Positions 11,283 to 24,600 of a stretch of 64,000 bases of DNA are shown here, one piece after another. A program made the position numbers and the translations under genes. The notes beneath the pieces are model-generated. The model had not been told where the DNA came from and made no database searches. It saw nothing but the letters and a program-made list of their open reading frames with translations. Within the stretch, counting starts at the first letter, position 1, and every line of letters starts with the position of its first letter. The DNA comes from Dimargaris cristalligena (lineage: Eukaryota), in the NCBI GenBank assembly GCA_003614675.1, contig ML002229.1:1-64000 (forward strand), in the 5' to 3' direction.

Positions 11283-14102
11283 ATGCATAATTTATCACTT
11301 ATACAAATGGTAGGCACGCCATTTCACCTAGTCTCAACTCGTTTCTGGCATATTCTTCCATTCTCCGAGCTAAAGGGCGCGGAGGGGTACGTCGTTGTAA
11401 TACCAGTTGACCCAGAGACTCTCACCCATGCTCACTTATTAAATCACATCGTTTGATATTTATTGATACCCTACCGCCATCCCCTTTTATAACTATAGAC
11501 TCTACGGTGCGCCTGCTTAATGGGCGTGCTCCACCTCTCCTTCATTGATGCTACCCAAGACTATTCCCGTGCTAGAAGCGCTGCGGCCAGCTCATATGAC
11601 GGGCGACGGAATGGCGTCTACTTCGATGATGAGTACCCCTATACCCCTGCCCGACGAGACTCGTACACACCCTACCGTACCAATAGTAACAACCCCAACC
11701 GGAATCGCTATGCGGAACCCTGGGAAACGGACCAAGCCTATCCGGAAAACGAGTATCGCCGATACTACGCCGACTACAATAGCTGGGGGCCCCCGTATAG
11801 CAGATATGGGTACAGGGATTACGATGAAGAGGAGGGTAGTCGGCGAAGGAGCTCCAGTTGGTACGTCCATCCCAATGCCTACCACTATTCCAGTATTAGG
11901 GTACCGCACCGTAGCTCCCAATACTCCTCTAGGGCTCACCCACCGCCCTACCCAAGTCAGCGGCTTCCACCTCCCTTGGAAAACGGTGGGGAAGAGGAGG
12001 AGGAGGAGGGTCCTCTTGCCATGCGGACCCGAGTACCACCCCATTCGTGGAACGTCCCTCGGACCCCTTATGGGGGGAGACCACCTACTTCATTTCAATT
12101 GGCGGAATCCCAGTATTCCGCTGCCGGTCCATTTTTACAGCCACCTAGACTGACCTCCCGGGGGTCGCTTCGAGGAGGGTCGTCGGCCACCTATTATTCC
12201 TCCTATCAGCCGCACCAGGGGCACGGGAGGTTGAACCTGGAAGAAGAATACCGGCAATCGGCGCTGATTGCCAGTGGGACGACGGCGGTCGAGTATACGG
12301 GCAACGAGTCGGATGGCTACGAAGAGGATGGCGAAGAAGAGAATGAAGATGAAGGAAATAAGGTGGTGGCGGAGAAAGACGGGGGCCCCTATGGACCAGC
12401 GGAGTGGGGTGAAGGATACCAAAACAGCCGAAATACTATGACTGACGCGCAGAAGGGGGAGGAAGAGGATGCCCATAATTATCTACCCGCTGCCCAAGCC
12501 AAGCCAGTCGGGGAAGCAGCGTCATATTACAACTTCCTGGACCAGAGCCACCCCTTCAACCGTAACCAGTATAATATCTACGGTAAGCAGCCGGCGGTAT
12601 CGCCCCAGGGACCGGTCAACAACAACCCCTTTGGGCCATCGTTACAGGTACCCGGATATTGTAGTTACCCCTCGGTCGCTGCCAGTTTGAGTAGCGCGGG
12701 CCTAAGTGAAATGATGGATCATCTGGGTATGGCGGAGCAGAAGACGGACCCCATCGACAACGACGGTAATGGCAATAATGGCAATGGCAGTGGTGATGAC
12801 CAAAACGAATCCGACGACGGTACGTCCTGGGCCGGCCGGTTCCTACGCCGGATTTCATCGGGGGCCAGCGCTTTAAAACCCCGGTGGTCATTTAAGCGGA
12901 CCCAATCGAACCCCAATATTGTCGTGACCGCCAGCAACGAGAGCGACCAGGGAGAAACTAAAGTGGCTAGCACGCCACGCGAAAAACGCCTAATTGCCAA
13001 GGAACGGGTGGATCCTAAACTTGTCCAAGTGCTGACGGAACGATCCAAGTAAGTGGTTGCTGTTGCTATTGTATTTTCTTGTCGGCCGAGTCTCTAGACA
13101 TCCATTTAATCCCAGCCGCTGCTTGGGGGGAGGGGTAGGCTCGTATTAATACTGAGTTGATAGAATAGGCGTCCGGGGCCCTTCTCTTCTACCACTGTCC
13201 CACCGGAACACTAAACTAACCGCTCTTCTATTTCCGTCGTATTGGCCTACTCTTATTTAATATAATTATATTTTAATTAACAACCATTCGAATTTAGGTT
13301 TGCCCTGGCTACCTACCTCCCATTCCAACACCACGGCTGCCATCTTATGCCGGTCGACCGTTCCGAGTTCGAAATTATTGAATCCATCACCAATTTCGAC
13401 AAATCGGTACACGGGTTTATCGGCTACTATAAACCCCGTAACGAGATTATCGTGGCGTTCCGGGGCACGACCGGGTCGGACCTCAAATCGTTTCGCACCG
13501 ACTTTAAGTTTACCAAGAAGCTCTGCCCCCCCTTCTGGCCCGACTCCGAGGTCCACTCGGGGTTCTGGGGGGCCGCCGAACATGCTAGTGGCCTGTTGTT
13601 ACGGTACATTAAGCAACTGGCGGATGAAGATCCCAGCCGACGCCTGGTGTTCATTGGCCATTCGTTGGGTGGTGCCATCGCCCAGTTGGTGGCCCTCCAT
13701 TTCGCCTTTAAGTACCTGGATTTGCTGCCCCGGATCGAAGTAACGTTACTGGGTCCGCCCCGGGCGGGTAACGCCAACTTCGTTAGTCACTACAATGATC
13801 TAGGTATCCCCACGTTCCGCGTGAACGTCGGTAACGATTACGTGCCCCAATTACCCCCGGCGTGGATGGGCTACCGCCATGTGGATATGGAAATCTACGT
13901 GTACAATAAGCTGGATTTGGTGGTGTATTGTCCCATGGACCGGATCACCTTGAAAACCGACCCCGACTGCGCCCAGAGAGTCAATTTTGGGAAAAGCAAC
14001 TCCCTTGACCACCGTATCTACTTTGGGGTCAGTCGCTGGGACCCGAAACATCGGGCCTCGAAACAAGGCAAGGGAAAAAATAATGCAGTCGCCGTCGCTT
14101 AA
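11283..14102 (+). CDS. Secreted class-3 lipase with very long low-complexity N-terminal region, 3 exons: ~11283-11309, 11499-13048, 13298-14102
   Basis: The intron 13049-13297 (GTAAGT...TTTAG) joins the 510-aa ORF in frame to the lipase ORF. Motifs IIVAFRGT, VHSGF, GHSLGG (Ser), NDYVPQLPP (Asp), LDHRIYFG (His). A small first exon gives MHNLSLIQM|TLRCACLMGVLHLSFIDA, a plausible signal peptide; the start exon is less certain. Confidence 0.8.
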
Positions 14103-14217
14103 GCAACCTGGGAAAGCGGGAGAGGGGAGGAGGAGTCCCGACCGATGCAACATTCCAAATACATATTGCTAGTGGCGTTGGGGGCGGCCTTGTCTTGAGA
14201 GTATTTAAGAAGGGTTT

Positions 14218-14361
14218 ATATGGGAGAGGTTCAACCGAGCTGTATACCGAAAAATCCGTTGGATGAAGCAAATAGTACTGGTTAAAAATAAATCTCCCAT
14301 ACATTATCCCATACAATTATCATTTAAAACCTTATACGGCTGGGCCGAACTTCACCCATAT
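14218..14361 (+). mobile_element. 144-bp MITE-like element, copy A
   Basis: Begins ATATGGGAGAGGTTCAACCGAGCTGTATA and ends TATACGGCTGGGCCGAACTTCACCCATAT, giving imperfect ~30-bp TIRs. Non-coding. Confidence 0.8.
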
Positions 14362-14396
14362 TCTTTAAAATAAATAAATACGGGAGGCCCCAATAC

Positions 14397-14540
14397 ATAT
14401 GAGTGAAGTTCAGCTTGGCTGTATAAGGTTTTAACCAATATGTGTATGGGAAAATCGGTGGGATGTTTATTTTCAACCAGTAGTATTTGCCTCATCAAAT
14501 GGATTTTCCGTTATACAGCCTTGTTGAACTACTCCCATAT
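14397..14540 (-). mobile_element. 144-bp MITE-like element, copy B (inverted relative to copy A)
   Basis: Reverse complement (atatgggagtagttcaacaaggctgtataacggaaaatccatttgatgaggcaaatactactggttgaaaataaa...ttaaaaccttatacagccaagctgaacttcactcatat) is colinear with copy A. Confidence 0.8.
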
Positions 14541-14754
14541 AGACATGGTATTCTACTACTAGGGCGACCCATGGACCGATGATGGCTTAAAGCGAGGGGA
14601 ATGTTGGTGAAGTATTGGACTCTATTAATAAGTATAATTAAGTCGGTCAGACAGGGGTGCTAATAGAGTGCAGGTCTGGACGTAGAATCACGAAATGGGT
14701 ACGTGAGGGAAGCAGCCGGTTAATGGGGATGGGCAGGTTCATTCTCGCATTAGT

Positions 14755-15400
14755 CTAGTCGGAGGTCGAGCAGAAGGATTCGTATTCCTTGGCGTCCATC
14801 AAGTCCTTGAGTTCCTCAGCCGAGTCGACCTTGAGCTTGAAGATCCACGCTATGGGGGGGGATAGAGCAAGTAAGTAAGTGGGTTAATAAGCCAGCCACA
14901 TGTTAGGGTTAGTCTATCGGCAAGGTTCGTGGTTCAACCGGGAGTTAGGGTTAGAATTACTATTCCTATTACTATTGCTTGGAGCGCCCCTTTCCGCCTT
15001 TCCTATCCCATCCTTTCTTTTCTGTACATTGCTGAAAGTAGTTGAGGAGATCATATCACACACAGACTGACTAACTAACTAACTAATCAGCCTTATTACC
15101 TTCGGTGGTCGGGCTCTTGTTGATCAAACCGGGGTTGTTTTCCAGCTCCTCGTTGGCCTCCACCATCATACCGCTGGCAGGGGCGTAGATATCACTGGCG
15201 GCCTTGACACTTTCGACGCTACCGACGGCCTCGTTGGCTTCCACCGTGACTTCAGTTTCGGGCAGTTCGACGAAAACGACGTCGCCCAGGTGTTTTTGGG
15301 CAAAATCGGTGATGCCCACCGTGACGGTGCCTTCGTTATAGTGTACCCATTCGTGGGTCTTGGTGAATTTGGTGACTAGGGCGAATGGGTAGGGATCAGC

Positions 15401-15431
<31 letters not shown>

Positions 15432-15671
15432 GTGGATTGGTCAGTACAGTGCGAAGTAGGGCCAATAAGAAGCAGAGAAAAACAGACTGGAGGAGGTGTG
15501 CCCTGTCCAAGGCTCTAGGGCTGACTGGGCCAAAGAGGGGGAGGTGGGCAGAGGCTTACAGTGAGCGCCGCTCGAGTAGTACCGGCAAAGAGCGAGCGGG
15601 GCCGGGCGCACCAGAGGGGTCCGGGGCGAGCAGCGAGTCATCAAGCGGGGGAGCATGGCGGAGGCGAGCAT
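14755..15671 (-). CDS. GCV3: Glycine cleavage system H protein (mitochondrial), 3 exons: ~15671-15560, 15375-15100, 14849-14755
   Basis: Arg-rich presequence, then KFTKTHEWV, GITDFAQKHLGDVVFVELP, lipoyl motif VESVKAASDIYAP and AWIFKLKV. Confidence 0.95.
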
Positions 15672-16410
15672 GGTGAGAAATAGAATAGGGAAGCTACTAG
15701 CAACAACGGGGGAATGGAGGTATATACTGGAGTAAAAGGAGGGAGGGGAAAACAGCCAGAGAAATGCAGCAAGACGGAGTGGATCTTAAAAGGAAGGAGG
15801 AGAGTGAGAAAACAGTCCGACTTGGGCGGGTGGGTACAGAGAGAGGGGTCTGAAACCCTCCTCCCTCCACTCCCTTACCATGCAGGCCAGTCGACTTAGC
15901 CGCGTGCGAATAGGAGGATTACAATTGGGGCAGTCTGGCTTGCTTTAACGAGTGGTTCACCCTCTACCTAAACTACTACTGGACATTGGGGGCCTCAGTA
16001 ACGTTGGTCAGTAATATGTCTGTTTAAATTATTGATCTATTTTACACTGCACTGGCTGAGGGGGGTATGACTCCTCATTCCCTCCCCCTCAGTATAATGT
16101 CCAATATATAAAGTAGTGATCATAGTGTGTTGTAAAATGATACAGTTATTAATATCCAATAGCAAGTCACAGGTGCTATCATATATATATATATATATAT
16201 ATATGGTGTTGGGTTTAGACAGGTGGGGGTAATCCAAGTTTATATACGAACTGATCAAACCAAACGGCTGCTAGCTAAAGATAATGGCGGGGAAGGCTAT
16301 TCTACAATGTTCCAAAGAAAGGGGTGCGAAAGGAGGGGGGGGAGGTAAAAAATGTACGGAGGATTAATATCAATAAGTAAAACCACTACTGTTATCCAAG
16401 GAAAGTGAAT

Positions 16411-17439
16411 TTAGAACAGCCGTGGAACCACCCGGGCCGGGTTCTTCAGAGCTAAATGTAGTTTGCCATTCCGCAATTCTAGATAAGGGACGGCCTCTGT
16501 AGTAGTAGTAGTTGTTGGAGACGAAGGGGGCACACTGCTGCTACTTATCACAAACGGATTGTAACTCGACCGAGGCGTGGTGTACTGGGGAAGCGGCGCG
16601 GGTGAGGAGGGTTGGTGGTGGTAATGGTGTCCCGCCGAATGATGCTGGGCCGGGGTTGGCAATGTGGGTGTGTTCTGTGGAACAGCGGGGCGTCGCTGCT
16701 GCCGGGAAGTTACCGACCGAGTCGAGGAAGCACCGGGAGTCGCCACTCCAAACATATAGTAATTCGGCCGGGTGGGGCGATACGAGACCGGGGCCACATA
16801 GGAGATGGTGTGGGTAGAGTGGAGGGGCGGCGAAGTCGAAGTAGTAGTCGATTTCCGGGGCGACAGGTCAATGGCCCGCAGGTCGCGCTGCAACCCATTC
16901 TGCAGGGTCCGTTTACGCTGGGGGTTCCAGTGAATGGGTTCGGCCTCGTTATTAGTCTCGGTAATCCCGTCACGCGCCCGTTTGCTGCGACGCGCTGTAA
17001 CCGGTGGGGCAGGGGCAGGGCTAATCGTAGTGGTAGTAGTGATCCTAGTAGTAGTCGTAGTAGCCGTGGTAGGGGCGGTGTTACAGCCCCGCTGAATACC
17101 TTGGGGAGCTGGTATGGGTACGGGTGGTCTCGTTGAGACAATGGATGGTTTCGCCAGGTTCACATGGTTCTCGGCTGGGGATGGTTTGGCCAGGGCGCAC
17201 TGGTGAAGGGAGGAACTATTTTTTAGGACGCGTGGGGTCGGTTTCGTGGGCGTTTTCGGCTCAGGCGTCCGTGTCGCAGCAATCGGAGGGGCGCGGTTGG
17301 ATGGTAGTGGGCCGGGCCGGGGTTTCACGGACCCAGCTGACTTATTAGGTAGAGCAGCAGAGCGCCGGGCTCGGGGGGGGCCGCGCATTATTATTCGAAG
17401 AAGAGGCCGCGGGTTTGGCTGGGTCCATCCCGTCCTCAA
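16411..17439 (-). CDS. Hypothetical Pro/Thr/Ser/Arg-rich protein; probably the 3' exon of a gene whose 5' part lies at ~17700-18000
   Basis: 342-codon open frame of low complexity with no recognisable domain. It has no ATG at its 5' end, and the upstream splice could not be resolved. Confidence 0.5.
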   Translation of the reverse strand: MRTGWTQPNPRPLLRIIMRGPPRARRSAALPNKSAGSVKPRPGPLPSNRAPPIAATRTPEPKTPTKPTPRVLKNSSSLHQCALAKPSPAENHVNLAKPSIVSTRPPVPIPAPQGIQRGCNTAPTTATTTTTRITTTTTISPAPAPPVTARRSKRARDGITETNNEAEPIHWNPQRKRTLQNGLQRDLRAIDLSPRKSTTTSTSPPLHSTHTISYVAPVSYRPTRPNYYMFGVATPGASSTRSVTSRQQRRPAVPQNTPTLPTPAQHHSAGHHYHHQPSSPAPLPQYTTPRSSYNPFVISSSSVPPSSPTTTTTTEAVPYLELRNGKLHLALKNPARVVPRLF

Positions 17440-18422
17440 CAGTGACCTTTCTGGACCGGAAGAAATAGGTGAGCTTCATGGCCAGAGGCAGTATATAGAA
17501 TGGGTGGTTTAATAAAGGGTAGGTATCTCCGGAATAGATAGGTTATTTACATTCAACGTATTAAAGGGTTAAGACGGCAATGGAAGATGCGCTGGTTAAT
17601 TAATGAATGGAAAGGAAGGCAATGTAATGGTGGTTAAAGGTGAAACTAAATAAATGGAAGGTCAGTGGAGCGGAAAGAGGATGCGCTGGTTATATATACG
17701 AGGGGGAAGGGCTATCCGGGATTGTCACGAGGCGGAAGGTACATATCGTGGGTGTCTGGTCTGGTCTGGCCTCGTCTAGCGTATGGGGGGAGTGGCTGCT
17801 AACTTCTGGTGGGAAGGCCGGGTCGGCTAACCAAGCAAGGGCGACGGGCAAATTGACTTGGTGGCACAGGTTCCTTCCGTAGCTATGTGGGAGCTGGTCA
17901 CACAGCTCAGACGTCTTCACAGCAGCTGGGGGGAGGAGTTCCGGACGGGCTGCAGGGCGAGGATAGTTTGCTGGTAAAAGGGGTCCTAAGCCAGAGGAGG
18001 CTTCCCTCTGCCCGGCGGTTTAAGTGGTACAGCGGCTTATGTTCCAACCAACCAGCCAATATAATACTTGGCCATATGGATTGTATTGAATCGAACAGTT
18101 AGTTGTGTTTCAGCGGCTGACTGAGGAAAAGGGGCTTGAATTAAACTTGGTGATAGGAGAAAGAGTCTCGGCCATTATAATCTGATAGAATGGCCGCGGT
18201 TTAACCTCTTTCTCTCTCAAACACCCCCATAAAAGACACAAGTGGCTCTGCCGAGACCATCAAAGCCACCCCCGATGGAGAAAGCCTGCCGTGGGACTTA
18301 ATGAGGGAGGGGAACTGGCCCCGCAACTGCGTTCCCCCAGGCGCAATACCCTAGGGCCAATGGAGGTGTTGTCAAGGGCACAGGTCCAGCTTGCCGTCAT
18401 CCCAGCTCTATTCATACTCCCC

Positions 18423-18961
18423 ATGTTGACCCCATCACCCCCGAAACTCCGCATCGCCTTTGTGCATCCCGACCTTGGTATCGGTAAGGCTTCTCTAGAT
18501 AACCACCGTCCCCCGCTATTAACCAATTGCAGAAGGGTACCCCATTCGACAGGTGATTGCTCCCCGAATCTGCCCCGGCCTGTCCAGTCTGGTACTCCAT
18601 GGCTGTAACTCACCCGACTCTCGATCGCCCTTATTGACTAACATACCGGTTGGAATGGGTTCCTAAATAATAGGTGGTGCCGAGCGTCTCGTCGTGGACG
18701 CCGCCGTTGGCCTTCAGGAAGTCGGCCACGACATCACGGTTTATACATCACACCATGACCCCTCGCACTGTTTCCGAGAGACCCGCGATGGTAAGTAATT
18801 TGAGCTTAGTAGTAAGTAGATCAAGGGTCTCTCCTGCTCTATTATAGCCCACATCAAACCGACCGCATCTACCCCACTCACCACCACTTAGACGAACTAG
18901 CATGAAAAACCTTGGACTTATGCGGCCATCGCTCTAAATTCTTTCCCCCCCTCTCTCTCTC

Positions 18962-18992
<31 letters not shown>

Positions 18993-20396
18993 AATTTCCA
19001 GGCACCCTCAAGGTACAGGTCCTCGGTGACACTATAGTGCCCCGCACGTTCGGCGGCCGTTTCTACATTTTGTGCGCCATTCTCCGCGGCTGGCTCCTCG
19101 TACTCCACCTCCTCTGGCACCACCGGAACTCCTACGACGTGGTCATCTGCGACCAACTGTCCGCCTACATCCCGCTCCTCAAGCTATTGCATACGCGCGT
19201 GTTATTCTACGGCCATTTCCCCGATCAATTACTCGTCCAGTCCGGCGGGGGAGCCCTCAAAACCCACCTCTATCGCCGGGTGTTCAATGCTCTAGAAGAA
19301 CATACCACCCAGCTGGCCGACCGAATCGTGGTGAATAGCCAGTTTACGGCCGCGGTGTTTCAAAATACGTTCCCGGCTTTAAAGGATAGGTTGACCGTGT
19401 TGTACCCCGGCATCAATTTGGAGCTCTATGACACCCCCGCGGACCTAACCGACCCGCGGCTCCTTCCACTAGAGTCTCCCAAACCCCCATTGCTCTCCAT
19501 CAACCGATTTGAGCGCAAAAAGAACATTAACCTGGCGATTGAAACCCTGGCTTATTTGCGGAAGGAATGTGGGCGCACCAACCTACGGCTCGTGGTGGCC
19601 GGTAAGCCCAATCTTTCTCCTGGGGATTAATACCAACCCAGTGGCTTACCCTCTCGTATAGAGGGAATCATATGTGGTTTTGAATTGAGTGAACCGAGGA
19701 ATCATTACGCATACTCTCCGGTTTACTCTATTGTCGGACTAGCTGGAAGACTAAATTGACTGCCTGATGGCTATTATACTCTGTATGCATATATTTACCA
19801 TACAACTAGGCGGCTACGATCCTCGGGTAAGCGAAAACGTCGATCATTTAAACGAACTCGATGCCCTGGCCCAATCCCTTGGTTTGCAAACCCGAATCAT
19901 TCGCCCGGACGACCAGGGGCCCACCGACCCCGCCACCCAGGTCCTCTTCCTCCCCTCCTTTTCCGAAAACCAGCGAACCTATCTCCTCCGCCACGCCTTG
20001 TGCCTCGTGTACACCCCCAGTAACGAACATTTCGGTATCGTTCCCCTCGAAGCCATGTACTCCCGCCTCCCCGTCATCGCGGTGAACAGCGGCGGGCCCT
20101 GCGAAACGGTTCGGGATGGCGAGACCGGGTTCCTGAGACCCCCCACCGCCGCGGAATTCGCCCAGCCTATCCATGAGATTCTACTGAAAGAGGACGATCC
20201 GGGCCGGATGGGTGAGTGTGGTCGCGAGCACGTGAAAGCCCGGTTTGCCTTAAGTACCTTTGTCAAATCCCTAGATACCCTGATTCGGGAAATGGCCGCG
20301 GAGCCGGCCTCGGACTGGTTTGAAACTCTCACGGGTGCTGTTATTACGCTTGTGGCTCTGGGGCTGTACGCATTCATCCGGATGACAAACTACTAG
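18423..20396 (+). CDS. ALG2: Alpha-1,3/1,6-mannosyltransferase, 4 exons: ~18423-18483, 18674-18790, 19002-19601, 19810-20396
   Basis: [77 protein letters not shown], and a C-terminal TM helix. Confidence 0.95.
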
Positions 20397-20747
20397 TGGG
20401 CAAATGGGACAGTGTTCAAACTAATTAAAGCATTAGCCACTTCCGTGTGAATAGCGAGGGACCAATTACGAGGGCCTTACTTCTAATTGCCACTAACCCT
20501 TCCATTACGTTCAATCATTTTTTAATATATACAATACAAACATCTTAGATGATTTAAACTAGCCCAGGTGAAGTTTGTTATTTTAATACGGCGCTAAGGA
20601 TAAAACGAAACATAAAAAAATATATATGACAACTTATGTATGGCACTGTTGGTAAATCCGGGCTCGATATCTAACCGAGTTTGACCCCCTTTTTAATACT
20701 TGGTACATAAATTTCGAACAATGGTACATATATATATATATATCGGG

Positions 20748-21648
20748 CTACAGATCGATTTTAGAATCGGGGAAGATATGTATCTTGCTACGGTTTTTAG
20801 CGAAGCATTTACCAGAAAGGACAATCACTCCAGTAAACATAGTCGTAAGAAAAGCTACGACCAGAGTGGTGTAGCCAGTAGCCCGAAGCAGGTCCAGGCT
20901 TTTCGTGACGATGTCATCGGTATGGCCGACTTTAAAAAAGATGTCGTTCACCGATAGGCATTTGAAGGTAACACTGGAAATAGCGATTAATTACAAATAA
21001 CAACACCGCATAAATAATGATATATATAGTTAGGTTTAACGGTGTAGTCGGAGTTCAGCTATGACAGAGGTATGATTTCACCAATCAACATATATATATA
21101 AAAGACTGACACAAAAGTATCATATACCTGTATGGTTCTGACTTTAGGAAAACAATCCAAAGTGGAGATCAATCCAGCCAATAGACACTTACATAAAAAG
21201 CAAAAACACTACGTAGGGCCAGTGCTCCAGTTTATATTCGTACCCGATCTCTATGCTTCGGACTCGGAGGGCGAGCATCATTTTAACCGCCATTCCGATA
21301 ATCGCTCCAATAATAAGCAGATTGAGAATGAGGTCGTTGAACAAATGAAAATTCTATCGAGCGACAGATGCCATGGGGTTGGACAATATGCATAATAAAA
21401 TATAAAAGAATGGTGGTTAGACAGGGAGAAATAGGATGCCAGAGGAAATTGACGGGATATAATATAGATCGCCTTGGTTAGACAACAAATGTCACGGCCA
21501 TTACCTCAGGGATTTCATGGGCAGTGGCGCCACCAAATATGGCGATTGCGGCAACATCGAGGCTAAACACGGCCATAACGACCGCGGTTGCGACGATTTT
21601 CAGCAGCTTGATGCGGCTACAGATGAGTAATCTGAGGTTGGCGAGCAT
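20748..21648 (-). CDS. Hypothetical small multi-pass membrane protein (spliced; internal exons unresolved)
   Basis: Hydrophobic coding segments at 21648-21505 (KIVATAVVMAVFSLDVAAIAIFGG), ~21350-21245 (FSICLLFGAIIGMAV) and 20975-20748 (TTLVVAFLTTMFTGVIVL), separated by intron-like sequence. TATAAATA-like box at ~21745. Confidence 0.4.
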
Positions 21649-24600
21649 GATGGGATACAAGCAAGTGGGGTTTGAAAAGGTCGGAGCCGCGAACCAGAAA
21701 TTATAATCAGGGGTGGATGTGGAGTTGCTGTCCGAAGTATTTATAAATTAATAAGCGAGTCGCAGTCGAATATAGCTCGGTTGGCGTAAAAATGTGAAGG
21801 GAAAGGAGCTGGATCAAATAGAAGGCCCAGGGTTCCAGGAGGAGACAGACTGGGTTAGGCGGAAAGCGTAGTGGGGGGGGGGTGTCACTAAGTGAAAGAA
21901 CGGCAAATTTAGACGAATAGTTTCCTAATGGTAAAAGAGCCCACACTTAGCATGGGAGTAATTTTCAACTTATGGTTTCAATTAGCGCAGTATACCGACG
22001 ATAAGATTGCGACACCAGCGGCTTTTATAGATAACCGATATTTATCTCGACGGAGTTGGGTTTCCCAAACGTAAATACCGAATCAAGTGGGCGCTGTGGT
22101 TAGTCAGAGTCCGATGCAACCAACTCTCCTTCGTAACCTCAATCATGAGCCACCATCACGAGATCCCATAATGCTCCAACGACGCACCACCTTTGTATTA
22201 TTCGCGGTATAAGGGCATATAATGCATCGGGGGAGGAGGGGGCAAAAAAAGATAAAAAAGTTGAATAGAAGGGGATCAAGAGCCCTCTCGTTGTACCTGG
22301 AGTGGGGCGCGTTTTGGCTGGTCTTGGTTGCTTGATAAATCAGAGTTTCTGGCGGCTGTACCAAAGAGGCGTCGGTTTCACCACATTATACCCGCTGGAA
22401 TGCACTTTGATCACCAGGTAATTATATACCATGTCCATTACATTCAACTGAAGCCTCCCTGGTCACACTTTCGCCTACCCCAATGTAATAAATAATACAA
22501 TGGCAAGGCGGCGCGGCCCGTTCTATGTCCTAGGCAGGATCGATTAGGTTCGTCGTTACAAAGGATGCCCTCGAAGCCTTGGATCCAAGTATACTAGCCG
22601 CCACATTCCTGATTTTCAGGGTTGATACAATAAATCCCAGCATTGTTGTATGGGTGTACAATCACGCTAAAAAGAATTACACTCGTAGGGACAAGGATAT
22701 TCTTAGCCACAGGCCGCCCTATGCATTAGTTTAATATGCATGTGGATTGAAATATCCCGACTTATTGTATGGTTTGCCAGTGTCGATTTGACCCATAGGG
22801 ATGGAAACAGTCTCTAAAAATGGATTCATATAACGGTGTTTATCAGACCAACCTACGCAAGCTAACTACATAGTATTTGAAGATTAAAACATACCTCCAG
22901 AATCGCCATCCCGCGTCGATTCGGGAGTTCGACGGAAAAGCTGGACACTTTTACACTATACAGCCGGTCGTTCACTAGCAGTGTGCGAAGGTCAGTCTTG
23001 GATGCAGGCATCGGCTGACTGTGCCGGGTCCGCCCGGCCATCAATTTCGACCGAACTAATCCGTTTACCATAAACCAGTGACTGTCAACGTGTATCCATT
23101 TGCCCCCTGTGTCCGCTCTATTGGACTGGAAATGCCGGATTACAGTAACCCCAAATAGCCATTATTTTAAATGCTTAAAATCCCCGGGATTACCACACCC
23201 TATTTCCCGGGGTTTAAACCAGAATGCCAATCCAATGACAGCGGTAGAAGCAGGAGCACCCCCGGCGTGAGACTGTCTTTTGGCATAAATTCGAGAAGCA
23301 ATGTAATATATATTGAAGTCGTTGAGTAGCGGGGTAAGAGTAAGCGGGAATGCATTGCGGTATTGCTGAACCCCTAACCGCCCCTCCCCCGGGCATCGAT
23401 TTCCGACGGACCCTGTTACCTCTACATAGAGGCCGGGACTTGCGAGTTCCGGTGGCGAGAGGGGTTTGGCTGCCGTTTGCCCGCCCGCATCCAAAATAAT
23501 ACCTTGTTTAACTGGTTGAGGTGGTGGCCCAACGTATATACCCACCACGTTCACCCTCACATGAGGGGCCTAGTTACATTATGGGGTGGTAGTGGTGGTA
23601 TGGAACGCCGTGTATCTTGAGACCTCACTGCACCTGTTTTATATATATTATTTTTGTTGCTATTTTTTGGTGTAGGGGAGACGGGCGTTGGCATGCGCAT
23701 GCACTTTGGCTTGGTGTGGGTGAGCAATGTGACTCGCTTCGCACGACTAATTACCGGCAAACGGAGAATAGGGGTGGCAATGCGACAGCCCTTACGTTTT
23801 TATTTCCAGAGAAGGGGAATGTGCCGAGATTTACGGAGTAAAAAAATAAAAATAATAAATAAATAAAATAAAGGGTCATTGATATCACTAGTAAATAAAA
23901 GGACGACGTTTCGTAGAAGGTGGCCACGGCTGAATAGGGCCAACTGGCCGGCTATTCGTTTAGGTGACATCGCTAATTTGGGTAATTGCAGAAGGTCACC
24001 CGGTGGTGGAATTACTTAATGCAGGGGAGACTGTAATATCTCTAGAACACCACGGCACCGAAGAGGAGGAGGAGGGCTCGTCATCTAAACAGTCTGCTCT
24101 ACACTGCCTCATTTTTATTAACTCGAGTGATTCGGTGGGGGGAGAAGGGGTGTGTATAAATCACCAGGTTGACCGATACTACATCCCCTCTCCCCCCACG
24201 TGAACTCGAATTTGAACCCACTTGCCTTTTTGGTTTACTAGTATTAATTTCCCAGGTGACATGATGCCGACGGCCACTGGACCTCCTCCAAGGCCCCTCT
24301 CTCTCTCTCTGCATGCAAGCGACATGGCAACAAATGGGAAGGGGAGACATTAGCCATGTCGACAAAACATGCACAGTATCGACCGGGCCGTGTAACAACA
24401 TCAACAGAGGGTGGTCAGATGGATGCGGGTAATGGGTCCGTATAATGCCGCCCAACCGTCCCCGTTGGTGTGCGATTCGGGAGGGGGCGCTTTTTCTCTT
24501 TTGTCTTACACTTATGGTTTAACACCCCACCGAAAGTGGGGGAAGGAGTTCCCGTGATGTGCAGCCGAATAGAAAGAGAGAGAGAGAGCCTTGGGGATTA

